This document shows, piece after piece, positions 35,589 to 44,435 of a DNA stretch of 64,000 nt. The first letter of the stretch is position 1. Each line of letters opens with the position of its first letter. The notes beneath the pieces were generated by a model. It was given only the letters and a program-made list of their open reading frames with translations. It did not search any database and had not been told where the DNA came from. Where the stretch lies: the NCBI GenBank assembly GCA_948467545.1, contig CAOKER010000013.1, positions 3,694 through 67,693 of the forward strand, read 5' to 3'. The stretch is from an uncultured Eubacteriales bacterium (GTDB taxonomy: Bacteria; Bacillota; Clostridia; Oscillospirales; CAG-272). Position numbers and translations under genes: made by a program.

Positions 35589-36245
35589 ATGCTGACAATC
35601 TTTCTTTCATTTATTGATGATGAAGATGATAAAGAATTATTTATGAAGGCTTATAAAAAGTACCGCGAGGGCATGATCAGATTTGCTGCAAAATTTTTGA
35701 GAGACAATGCCTTGGCGGAGGATACTGTACATGACACTTTTATTAAACTTGCAAAGGGTATCAGTCACTGGAGGTCGTTTTCGGAAGCGCAGCAGAAAGC
35801 ATACATCTTTGTTTCGGTAAAATATCAGTGCATTTCTGTTTATAATAAACTTAAAACAGAACAATATAGTTACACTTTTGATGAAAATTCTTTTTGTTAC
35901 GGAGATTTTATTCAGGATTATTGTGACGAACAGGAATTTTTGGATTTTCAAAAGTCGCTTTTTGCGTCTTTGCCCGATGGCTTGGTTGACGTATTTGTTC
36001 TTAAATACTCTCTTAACTATAAAAACAAAGAGATTGCCGAAGTTTTGAATATCTCATGCAACAACGTTCGTCAAAGAGTTTTCAGGCTGAATAGCATTTT
36101 GAGAAAGACTTTATATGAACAAAGGAGCAGGAATAATTTCGGACAAGCGGCGAAAACCGAATCGGCTGCCGATACGGAATCCGATACGCAGGCTGCTATT
36201 GGGTCTGATGTGAGGTCCGATATACGCATACGCCGCGCAGACTGA
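35589..36245 (+). CDS. sigma-70 family (ECF-like) RNA polymerase sigma factor
   Basis: Region 2 (AEDTVHDTFIKL) and region 4 HTH (NKEIAEVLNISCNNVRQRVFRL). The track ORF starts at TTG 35577. Confidence 0.8.
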   Translation: MLTIFLSFIDDEDDKELFMKAYKKYREGMIRFAAKFLRDNALAEDTVHDTFIKLAKGISHWRSFSEAQQKAYIFVSVKYQCISVYNKLKTEQYSYTFDENSFCYGDFIQDYCDEQEFLDFQKSLFASLPDGLVDVFVLKYSLNYKNKEIAEVLNISCNNVRQRVFRLNSILRKTLYEQRSRNNFGQAAKTESAADTESDTQAAIGSDVRSDIRIRRAD

Positions 36246-36251
36246 CTTTTA

Positions 36252-36893
36252 ATGACTGATATGAGAAAAAATAAAAAAATTTACACGGAGACTGCCAATC
36301 TCTATGTAAATGTGCTTTCGGGTATTTTTGGTGAATATATGTCCGGCGAGAATATCGGCGTCAATAAAGTTAAAGAGGCCGAATTCTTTAAAAGGTACAG
36401 AAAACTGAAAAGAAAAGCCTTGATAAAAAAAGTTCTTGTCATCTCTGTGTCGGTGCTTACGGTCTTGGCTTTATTTGCCGGATGCTTTAATCCTATTTCG
36501 GAATTTATCATTAATATATATGATAAGTTTGTAAATCTTTCCGTGTCAGGTTCTTCTGATGCTGAATTGTCAATTGAGGAGGTGGTCGTTGGTTATATCC
36601 CTGATGGTTTTTCTTTGACTGATACTGTTTTCGACGCCGATATTAAATTTTGTAGGTACAGCAATTCTGACGACGGAAGATTTTTTACTATTAGTATCGA
36701 AAACGGTAAAAATTTGATTAAAGGAGTTGATGTGGAAAGCTCTGAATACGTATATAACCCTTATAGCTTTATTACGAATAAGGGAGATTCTGTGATTCTG
36801 ATTGTCTGCTATAAAAATGTGACTATTGAAATCTTTGGTCAGATTTCCCGTGATGAAGCTGTCAGAGTTGCTGCTGGATGTACTCAAAAGTAA
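36252..36893 (+). CDS. DUF4367-like membrane protein, probable anti-sigma factor
   Basis: Single TM (VLVISVSVLTVLALFAGC), extracytoplasmic domain with a GYIPDGF motif. Starts 6 nt after the sigma gene stop. Confidence 0.6.
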   Translation: MTDMRKNKKIYTETANLYVNVLSGIFGEYMSGENIGVNKVKEAEFFKRYRKLKRKALIKKVLVISVSVLTVLALFAGCFNPISEFIINIYDKFVNLSVSGSSDAELSIEEVVVGYIPDGFSLTDTVFDADIKFCRYSNSDDGRFFTISIENGKNLIKGVDVESSEYVYNPYSFITNKGDSVILIVCYKNVTIEIFGQISRDEAVRVAAGCTQK

Positions 36894-37040
36894 GCTTTTC
36901 AGGCTTGCTGCCGCGCAATATCGTTCTTGGCTGTTTATCTTGGTTTGTATGGTCCGAAACTCTGTTGAAGTTTTTGATTTTTGCCCCGTAAAATGATTTT
37001 CATTGTTTTGCGGATTATTAATGGAAGGGAGTATATTAGA

Positions 37041-37463
37041 GTGAAGTTATTAAAAAAAGTATTTGTTATGCTGCTTATGTTTGCAGCAGTCAGTTCGTTT
37101 GTCTCGCTGAATGCAGCTGAGATTACACCTTATTGGACGGATGTGGGTACCGTTACGAATAATTTGACGATAACGGACGGTACGGCCTCGATGAGAGTCT
37201 ACGTCAGGGCCTACAACCATATTGATCGAATTGAGGCAACTGTAAGTTTACAGAGATATATTAACGGTCAGTGGAGAAACGCCGTGAACAGTTATTTTCC
37301 GTCAAATGACGACTGTTATCTTATTTGGTCTGCCACTGCGTCAGATCTGAAGTCCGGTTATCATTACAGACTTCATACTAAAATTAATGTATATGATCTG
37401 TCAGACGACGGTACATATGTTTTAATGGAGACAATTACCAGAATTACAGAGTATGACTATTAA
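37041..37463 (+). CDS. small secreted protein of unknown function
   Basis: GTG 37041 lies 8 nt after GGAAGGGAG. Signal peptide KLLKKVFVMLLMFAAVSSFVSLNA. No recognisable domain. Confidence 0.5.
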   Translation: MKLLKKVFVMLLMFAAVSSFVSLNAAEITPYWTDVGTVTNNLTITDGTASMRVYVRAYNHIDRIEATVSLQRYINGQWRNAVNSYFPSNDDCYLIWSATASDLKSGYHYRLHTKINVYDLSDDGTYVLMETITRITEYDY

Positions 37464-37720
37464 TATGACTGTTGATTTTTGAGATTTGTTTTTTGGATAT
37501 ACGCCGAGATAACCGGGATATTATTGGATGCGGCGCATTTTGAGCGCTCTCTGACTTTGATTTAATGTTAGAAACGGTGCGACTGCGTTGAAACGGTTTT
37601 ATAATAACGCAGCCCCGATATATATTTAATAAAATGTGACAAATAAAATTAAGTAAAACTATTTGGTGACTGCGCAGCTTATACCAACGGTCAACTGTGC
37701 AGAGAAGGGGAAGTAGTACG

Positions 37721-38089
37721 ATGATTATAAGAAATGTCGATACGGCCGGAAGAATTATTATTCCTTCTGAAATGCTCCATGAACTCGATTTGCATAAATT
37801 GGACAAGGTTGTTATAACACTTGAAGGAAATTATATTAAGCTGGCAAAGTACGAACCTAAATGCTTTTTCTGTGGCGGTCAGGGTGATTTGGTTCGGGTT
37901 ATTAACAATAGGGACATTTGCTGTGATTGCATAAGCAAAATGAACGATTTGGTGTTTGATAACCCTAAATGTTTGACTTTGAATGCTGATGATGAATCTG
38001 CGGAAAATTACGGACCTTCTGACGGGGACGCCGCTTCCGAAGATAACGGTCATCAGGTCGAAACGAGTGAGGAGTCGGACAAAAACTAA
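37721..38089 (+). CDS. AbrB/SpoVT-type DNA-binding domain protein with CxxC...CxxC segment and acidic tail
   Basis: MIIRNVDTAGRIIIPSEM (SpoVT-AbrB swapped-hairpin motif), then CFFCGG...CCDCISK. GAAGGGGA RBS. Terminator at 38134-38176. Confidence 0.7.
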   Translation: MIIRNVDTAGRIIIPSEMLHELDLHKLDKVVITLEGNYIKLAKYEPKCFFCGGQGDLVRVINNRDICCDCISKMNDLVFDNPKCLTLNADDESAENYGPSDGDAASEDNGHQVETSEESDKN

Positions 38090-38133
38090 ATAATAGACTA
38101 AGAAACAAAAAAGCATACATAAAGGAGAAAAAC

Positions 38134-38176
38134 AGGCGCGTCTATCATAATTTATGATAGACGCACCTGTTTTTTA
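38134..38176 (+). terminator. intrinsic terminator after the AbrB-like gene
   Basis: GCGTCTATCAT / ATGATAGACGC 11-bp stem, then TGTTTTTT, with an A run upstream. May act in both directions. Confidence 0.75.
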
Positions 38177-38232
38177 TGATGCTTTATTTTTATGAATTTG
38201 TCCGTTAGATTTTTATAAACCTTACTATTGAT

Positions 38233-38748
38233 TTAGTCGTTTAATGTGAATTTCCACTTGCAGCAGCATGAAGCGTCGGTTATATCGGGATAGCAGCTTA
38301 TACATTCACATGTGAATCTTTCGTCGATTACTTTTGCAAACTCGCCGTACTCGATGATGCCGACCTCTTTACACGGATGAAACGCCATCCCTTTTCGCTC
38401 TCTGGCACGCTGAACACGGCAGTTTACAGATGTGTAGTAAAGAATGTTTCCGTCTGTTTCGATTTTGTCCTCGTTTAAATTGGCGTAGAAACGGAGTCCC
38501 AAGGCTCTTTGAAGTCCGTCTGTTCCTGAATTGTCCGACAATTTCAAAAATTCCTTGATTCGTCTTGCCTCTATCACCGTAAATCTTTTCCACGCTTCGG
38601 CGTCATGATACATCGCTTCTTTCATGCCGAACTTACGCTCTATTGATTGAAACCAAACGCCGTCCATTGCAAGCCAATTTTTGGAGTAGATTTCAATAAT
38701 TTCGATTAATTGTTCTTTACTGTATGTATTAAGATTTTTATTATTCAT
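38233..38748 (-). CDS. DUF6125-like protein
   Basis: The ~170-aa sequence (YSKNWLAMDGVWFQSIE...CECISCYPD) resembles the DUF6125 family from memory. The start is uncertain (38748, 38772 or 38889) and none has a clear RBS. Confidence 0.5.
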   Translation of the reverse strand: MNNKNLNTYSKEQLIEIIEIYSKNWLAMDGVWFQSIERKFGMKEAMYHDAEAWKRFTVIEARRIKEFLKLSDNSGTDGLQRALGLRFYANLNEDKIETDGNILYYTSVNCRVQRARERKGMAFHPCKEVGIIEYGEFAKVIDERFTCECISCYPDITDASCCCKWKFTLND

Positions 38749-38960
38749 GGTACAGATGCTCTTATTTGACATGTGGAATATGTAGTTTATTTTTTCGGCG
38801 CGCGAAACGGTGCAGGAAATTACGCGGAAATAACATACGGAACAGCTCACAAAATAAGTGCGCGAAAAAACTGTTTTGCTTTTTTGCATTCAAAATTAAA
38901 ATGTTAGGCTTTCTGATGTTCAACACGCAATTTATTGTTTTGTCTTTTACTTACTTTTAC

Positions 38961-39767
38961 TTATTTATTGATTTTTTCCGCCAGTCTTTTCGCGGCTGCA
39001 GGGATGTCTCCCACTCCGTCAAGTATTACCCGCGGACGGTACGGAAATTTCAGGCAGTCGTTTCTCTGCGTTACTCCCGATAAAACAAGCACGGTGTCAA
39101 GTCCCGATTCGATTCCTGCGATGATGTCGGTGTCCATTCTGTCGCCGATAATTGCGGCATTTTCAGAGTGTACGCCTAAAAGCTTTAGTCCCGTGCGCAT
39201 CATTAACGGATTCGGCTTGCCGACATAATATGCGGAATTGCCTGTTGCCAGCTCAATCGGAGAGAGAAGCGCCCTGCATGCCGGCGCGATTCCTTCTTCT
39301 GTCGGCCCTGTAAGATCGTAGTTTGTTCCGATAAGCTTTGCTCCCTTGTTTACGAGTCGGACTGCTCTCGTTATCATCTCGAGATTATAGCTGCTCGCTT
39401 CTCCGACGACAACATAATCGGGATTTACATCGTTATAGGTTATTCCGACATCATAAAGCGCATTAAGTATTCCGTGTTCCCCTATTACGTACGCACTGCA
39501 GCCCGGCGACTGACTGTTTAAAAACTGCGCTGTCGCAAGCGCGCTTGTATAAAAGTGAGATTCGTCAACCTCAAGACCGAGACGGTGTAGCTTTTGCTGC
39601 AGCTCTCTCGGTGTATACTGTCCGGAATTTGTAAGGAAAAGATAGCTTTTGCCGTTGTCCTTGAGCCATTTTAAAAATTCGCTCACGCCGGGAAGAAGCT
39701 TGTTGCCGTGATAGATTACTCCGTCCATATCACAGATAAATCCCTTTTTTTCAAGAATTCTGTTCAA
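38961..39767 (-). CDS. HAD-IIA family hydrolase (NagD/YutF-like)
   Basis: FICDMDGVIYHG (DxD), LFLTNSG, GDRMDTDI motifs. 268 aa. Confidence 0.85.
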   Translation of the reverse strand: MNRILEKKGFICDMDGVIYHGNKLLPGVSEFLKWLKDNGKSYLFLTNSGQYTPRELQQKLHRLGLEVDESHFYTSALATAQFLNSQSPGCSAYVIGEHGILNALYDVGITYNDVNPDYVVVGEASSYNLEMITRAVRLVNKGAKLIGTNYDLTGPTEEGIAPACRALLSPIELATGNSAYYVGKPNPLMMRTGLKLLGVHSENAAIIGDRMDTDIIAGIESGLDTVLVLSGVTQRNDCLKFPYRPRVILDGVGDIPAAAKRLAEKINK

Positions 39768-39960
39768 TCTTTAACCTCTTGCTTTCTGTACTCGCAGTAC
39801 GTATTTTATAAAGTGCACATCATCGTATAAAATTTTAACTTTATTCTTATCATTTGACGCTGCAATATTATGGGAACGGTGCATACAGCTATATTTTAAC
39901 AGCGCGGTGTAAAATTGTAAATCAGATACTTGTAAAAGCTTTGTAAGCTATCCGAGCGGA

Positions 39961-40055
39961 AGCTGCTCGAAACTGTTCAAAACTGCTCGAAACTGTTCAA
40001 AGCTGTTCAAAACTGTTCAAAGCTGCTCAAATCAAAGCTGTTTAAGCTGTTCTAA
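39961..40055. repeat. 10-nt tandem repeat, about nine units (ARCTGYTCRA)
   Basis: AGCTGCTCGA AACTGTTCAA AACTGCTCGA AACTGTTCAA AGCTGTTCAA AACTGTTCAA AGCTGCTCAA and so on. Abuts the response-regulator stop codon at 40061. Confidence 0.9.
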
Positions 40056-40060
40056 GCTGC

Positions 40061-40762
40061 TCAGCCGATTTTTATCATGCGGTATCCGGTTCCGGTAAAC
40101 GTCTGAATATATTCTCCGTAATTTGCTTCGCTGTTTAGTTTTTTTCGGAGAGATGCTATAAATACACGAAGTGAGTAGGTGTCGCTGTCCCAGCTTCTGC
40201 CCCATATTTTTTGCGTCAGATAATTCCGTGTCAATACTTTACCGACGTTTTGCGAAAGTATGCAGAGCAGTTTATATTCGGTCGGCGTAAGATATAGCTC
40301 GCTGTCTCCGAGATATGTACATCCTGACGAATAATCTATAATCAGCTTGCCATTCCGAAATACCGGTTCGTCTTTTATCATTTGTTTCTTAATAACACTG
40401 AGATGGCGTTCAGATACTCTTATCCTTGCAAGAAGCTCTTCAACATAAAACGGTTTTAATATATAATCGTCGGCTCCTGAGTCGAGAAGCGTGACACGCT
40501 CCTCTTTTTCATCCGAATTTCCGATTACAATAATCGGAATGTTCGTCCAGCTTCTGATTTTTTTTATGACATCTCTTGAATACATGTCCTTTAGCTGAGA
40601 GTCGATCAGTATAATGTCCGGATTATGAGTCGACGCTTCCATTATCGCCGTTTTTCCGTTTTGCCCGGTCAAATATCGGTAATCATGAGTTTTCAGCGAC
40701 GCTGTTATTAGGTTTTGAATTTGCATATCCTCTGTAATGACAAGTATTAATGTTTTGTTCAT
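40061..40762 (-). CDS. OmpR/KdpE-type response regulator, no cognate kinase in window
   Basis: Receiver domain (DIILIDSQL, YILKPF) plus winged-helix domain (LTPTEYKLLCILSQNVGKVLTRNYL). Confidence 0.8.
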   Translation of the reverse strand: MNKTLILVITEDMQIQNLITASLKTHDYRYLTGQNGKTAIMEASTHNPDIILIDSQLKDMYSRDVIKKIRSWTNIPIIVIGNSDEKEERVTLLDSGADDYILKPFYVEELLARIRVSERHLSVIKKQMIKDEPVFRNGKLIIDYSSGCTYLGDSELYLTPTEYKLLCILSQNVGKVLTRNYLTQKIWGRSWDSDTYSLRVFIASLRKKLNSEANYGEYIQTFTGTGYRMIKIG

Positions 40763-40888
40763 TATATAAAATTACCCGAAGCCTTTATTTTTTATACGAC
40801 AAAAAATGCCATACCTGCTCACTGACGTCATGGACGCCGTTAAATACAAGTATAGCATGAACTTTCTTTTTTTTCAACTGTTTTTAGT

Positions 40889-41536
40889 TTAGATGTGAAA
40901 GAATTTCTGTAAGGCTTTATAATTGCCGAGAACTAATATGGTGTTTCCTGAGGCAAAGGAGCTATCCGGACTTATATCCAGATTCAATTTTCCTTTATCT
41001 TTTATTCCCATAATGTTAATTTTATATTTTTTTCTGATGTCGATTTGTCCTATGGTTTTTCCAATCCATTCCTGCGGAACCGTGACCTCAAAAATTGCGT
41101 TGTCTCCGTCAAGTTCAATATAGTCAAGAATATGGTCGGCCGTGTATCGTATCGCAGTCCATTTTGCAAGCTGCTTTTCCGGATAAACAACCTCGTCGGC
41201 ACCGTTGCGCAACAGGAATTTTGCATGTACGTCTCTGGCGGCGCGTGATACAACCATCTTGGCGCCGAGGTCTTTCAGCAGGGAAGTCGCCTCAAGCGAG
41301 CTTTGAAAATTGTTTCCGATGGCAACAATGCAAAGGTCAAAATTTCTTACTCCGAGAGAAGAGATAAATTCAGAATTTGTGGCGTCTCCTATCTGCGCCG
41401 TTGTAACGTAGGGAAGGGCGGCTTCTACTCGGTTTTCATTACAGTCTACCGCCATTACCTGATGACCGAGCTGATTCAGATGCATGGCAATATGCCTGCC
41501 GAATCTGCCGAGGCCGACTAAAAGTATGGTTTTCAT
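40889..41536 (-). CDS. trkA: Trk/Ktr potassium uptake NAD-binding subunit
   Basis: MKTILLVGLGRFGRH Rossmann GxGxxG, with TrkA-N plus TrkA-C layout. The track ORF extends to 41584. Confidence 0.85.
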   Translation of the reverse strand: MKTILLVGLGRFGRHIAMHLNQLGHQVMAVDCNENRVEAALPYVTTAQIGDATNSEFISSLGVRNFDLCIVAIGNNFQSSLEATSLLKDLGAKMVVSRAARDVHAKFLLRNGADEVVYPEKQLAKWTAIRYTADHILDYIELDGDNAIFEVTVPQEWIGKTIGQIDIRKKYKINIMGIKDKGKLNLDISPDSSFASGNTILVLGNYKALQKFFHI

Positions 41537-41576
41537 ATTATAATCATTTCCTTTGCTTAAACTTTGATTCGAGCGT

Positions 41577-42914
41577 CTATCCAACTATGATTTTTTCCTG
41601 CGGAAATTTAGATATATTCTTTGCTTTTGATGAAAATGCCGCAAATACTAAAGTCATTCCTCCGACACGTCCGAGAAACATAAGCGCGGTTAGAATCAGC
41701 TTGGAGGCTGTACACAGCGTCGGTGTAATGCCGAGAGACAATCCTACGGTTCCGATTGCCGACGCGGTCTCAAAAAGACAGGTTGTTAAAGGTATGTTTT
41801 CAATAATACTGATTGCTATTCCGCCGGTTATAAACATTGAGGTATACAATAAAAAAACTGTGGCGGCATTTCTAACCGCGTCATCGGATACAGATCGCCC
41901 GAAAAGCTGTGCTTGATCCCTTTTTCTGAATACGGACATTGCGTTTTTAAACATGACCGCGACCGTTGTTACCTTCATGCCTCCCGCCGTTGAACCGGGA
42001 GCGCCTCCTATGAGCATCAGAATTATTAATATTCCGAGGCCCGCTTCGCTTACCGCATTTAGAGGTACGGTGTTGAATCCCGCCGTTCTCGGTGTTACAG
42101 CCTGAAACAGAGATATCCATATTCTTCGTAATATAGGCTCATCACGGAATTCAATGAAAAAGAAATAGAGCGCCGGAAGTAAAATGAGCATCGCTGTTGT
42201 ACACAGTATTACTTTCGATTGCATACGGTATTTTTTAAAATGAAATTTGTTGGAACTTATATCGTCCCACGTCAGAAATCCGATTCCTCCGAATATTATA
42301 AGAAACATTATAACTATATTTATTACCGGGTTTTCGGCTAAGAATGTAAGCGATGAAAATTTTCCGCCGCAGCCCATAAGGTCAAATCCCGCGTTGCAAA
42401 ATGCGGAAATCGAATGGAATAAGGACATCCAAATTCCGCGAAAAACTCCGAATTTTCCGCAAAATATCGGGGACATTAATACCGCGCCCGCAAGCTCGGT
42501 GATTAATGTGATTCTTATTATAAAGCCTGTAAGACGAACAATTCCTCCGACTTTCGGCGCCGCAAGGGCTTCTTGAATCGTGCTTCTTTGCATCAGAGAG
42601 ATTTTTCTGCCCGACAGCATGGCAATACTCGACGCAGCCGTTATAACTCCCATGCCTCCGATTTGTATGAGCAGAATTATTACGGCTTGACCAAAAACCG
42701 ACCAGTATGTCGCTGTATCGAATACGATAAGTCCGGTAACACAAACTGCCGAAGTGGCTGTAAACAATGAATCGATGAATGACGTCAGCTGTCCGCTCTG
42801 AGAGGACACCGGAAGCATCAAAAGCAGTGTCCCGAACAGGATTACCCCGGCAAAACCGAGAATTATTATCTGAAAAGGGGTAAAATGTTTATGAATATGT
42901 AAAATATTTTGCAT
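41577..42914 (-). CDS. trkH: TrkH/KtrB family potassium transporter
   Basis: 445-aa polytopic protein with repeated pore-loop-like segments (TAVCVTGL, NAGFDL, PRTAGFN, IGTVGLSLG). Confidence 0.85.
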   Translation of the reverse strand: MQNILHIHKHFTPFQIIILGFAGVILFGTLLLMLPVSSQSGQLTSFIDSLFTATSAVCVTGLIVFDTATYWSVFGQAVIILLIQIGGMGVITAASSIAMLSGRKISLMQRSTIQEALAAPKVGGIVRLTGFIIRITLITELAGAVLMSPIFCGKFGVFRGIWMSLFHSISAFCNAGFDLMGCGGKFSSLTFLAENPVINIVIMFLIIFGGIGFLTWDDISSNKFHFKKYRMQSKVILCTTAMLILLPALYFFFIEFRDEPILRRIWISLFQAVTPRTAGFNTVPLNAVSEAGLGILIILMLIGGAPGSTAGGMKVTTVAVMFKNAMSVFRKRDQAQLFGRSVSDDAVRNAATVFLLYTSMFITGGIAISIIENIPLTTCLFETASAIGTVGLSLGITPTLCTASKLILTALMFLGRVGGMTLVFAAFSSKAKNISKFPQEKIIVG

Positions 42915-43323
42915 TTGGTATGTCTATTGCTTTTCCTTTCCTGTCATATTCGTTTGTTATTCGGATTTACATGCAATATTATTACCTTACAATACTAAGT
43001 AATTATACCTTATTTTTATAAAAAAAGAGTTAATTTATTCAATACGGCATAAAGATTTTATAAAGATTTTCGGGGCGCGTAATTATTAAATACATAAAAC
43101 GCAAAATAATTGCGTATATACTAAAATATCTGTATTTATGACATTAAATTGCTTTTTATCAATAAAGCTGATGTGAATTTGTATCAATTATTTTCCACAG
43201 CTAAAAATCCGTTAATAAGTTGACAGAAATGTAATTTCGTTTTATAATAAAGTCGATTGAAGAGATTAAATATATTAAAGAGATTGAAGAGTTTTTTGCA
43301 GAATCGGTTATGAGGTATCGTTT

Positions 43324-44403
43324 ATGAATGATGAAAGGAATTTAAATCGGGCGTCGGGCAGTAATGATTCGTCAGACGCCGATACATATATGAAAGCGGA
43401 AGAAAATACCGGCATTGAAGCGGATACGGCAGAAAATAACGTGACCGTTAATATAGATGAAAATAATAATTCGGACGAAAACGGTCGGAATACGCCGAAA
43501 GCGGCAAAACGCAAAAAAGGAATTATAAAGAAAATATCAGGGGCTTTCCGCAATCCGCGCAAGAGAAAATACGCAATTGCCATAACGGTGGCCGCAGCAG
43601 TTCTTATTACCGTTCTTGCCGCAGGCATGGTTGCGCTTTTGATAAATCGGGCTGATGACGGCATCACCGATACTCCTCCCGAAACTGTTCCTGCGGACAT
43701 AACCGACATTCCGGAAAGCAATGTCATTGAGAATATTGAAGACTATATAAGTCCTATTGATTTTGATGAGCTTCGGGGTACTGCTCAAGATGCTGTGGCA
43801 TATCTGTATATACCCGGTACTACGGTCAGCTATCCGATTATGCAGCATCCTACAAATAATGAGTTTTATTTAAATCATGCGCCTGATAAGAAATATGATG
43901 AGGGCGGATCTGTTTATATTGAACTTTCCAATTCGTCGGATTTTACGGATCCTGTTACGATGATATACGGTCATAATATGAACGGAAATGAGAATCGGGA
44001 ACCGCAGATTTTTTCATTTTTCCAAAGAAGCTATTCCGATCCCGAATATCTTTCGGAGCATTCCGACGTTTACATTTATCTTCCCGATAAAACTCTTAAA
44101 TATGAAATATGCTGTGCCGTACCGTACAGCGACCGTCATGTGCTTTATTATCATGATTTTAAAGTCGATGGAGTTACCGAAGAGTTTATCGACGAGCTTT
44201 ATTCCGAAACCGGCCGTTATTCCTGTTTTGCTGACAGGGACAAGCCCGACGGAGACAATCCTCTTATTGTTCTCTCAACATGTTATATGTGGGATAAAAG
44301 CAAGCGTTATCTTGTTCTTGCCGAGCTTACGGAAGTGATTTCGGTAGGCAGCGATGATGCCTCCGTAATTCCTCCGGAGTTTGTTACCGACGAGGCAGGT
44401 TGA
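43324..44403 (+). CDS. class B sortase with long disordered N-terminal region
   Basis: TM anchor, then SrtB-like motifs (YLYIPGTTVSYPIMQ, MIYGHNM, catalytic LSTC). Confidence 0.75.
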   Translation: MNDERNLNRASGSNDSSDADTYMKAEENTGIEADTAENNVTVNIDENNNSDENGRNTPKAAKRKKGIIKKISGAFRNPRKRKYAIAITVAAAVLITVLAAGMVALLINRADDGITDTPPETVPADITDIPESNVIENIEDYISPIDFDELRGTAQDAVAYLYIPGTTVSYPIMQHPTNNEFYLNHAPDKKYDEGGSVYIELSNSSDFTDPVTMIYGHNMNGNENREPQIFSFFQRSYSDPEYLSEHSDVYIYLPDKTLKYEICCAVPYSDRHVLYYHDFKVDGVTEEFIDELYSETGRYSCFADRDKPDGDNPLIVLSTCYMWDKSKRYLVLAELTEVISVGSDDASVIPPEFVTDEAG

Positions 44404-44435
44404 AAAATAGTATCTTTTTGCGAATTCTTAAGCGT

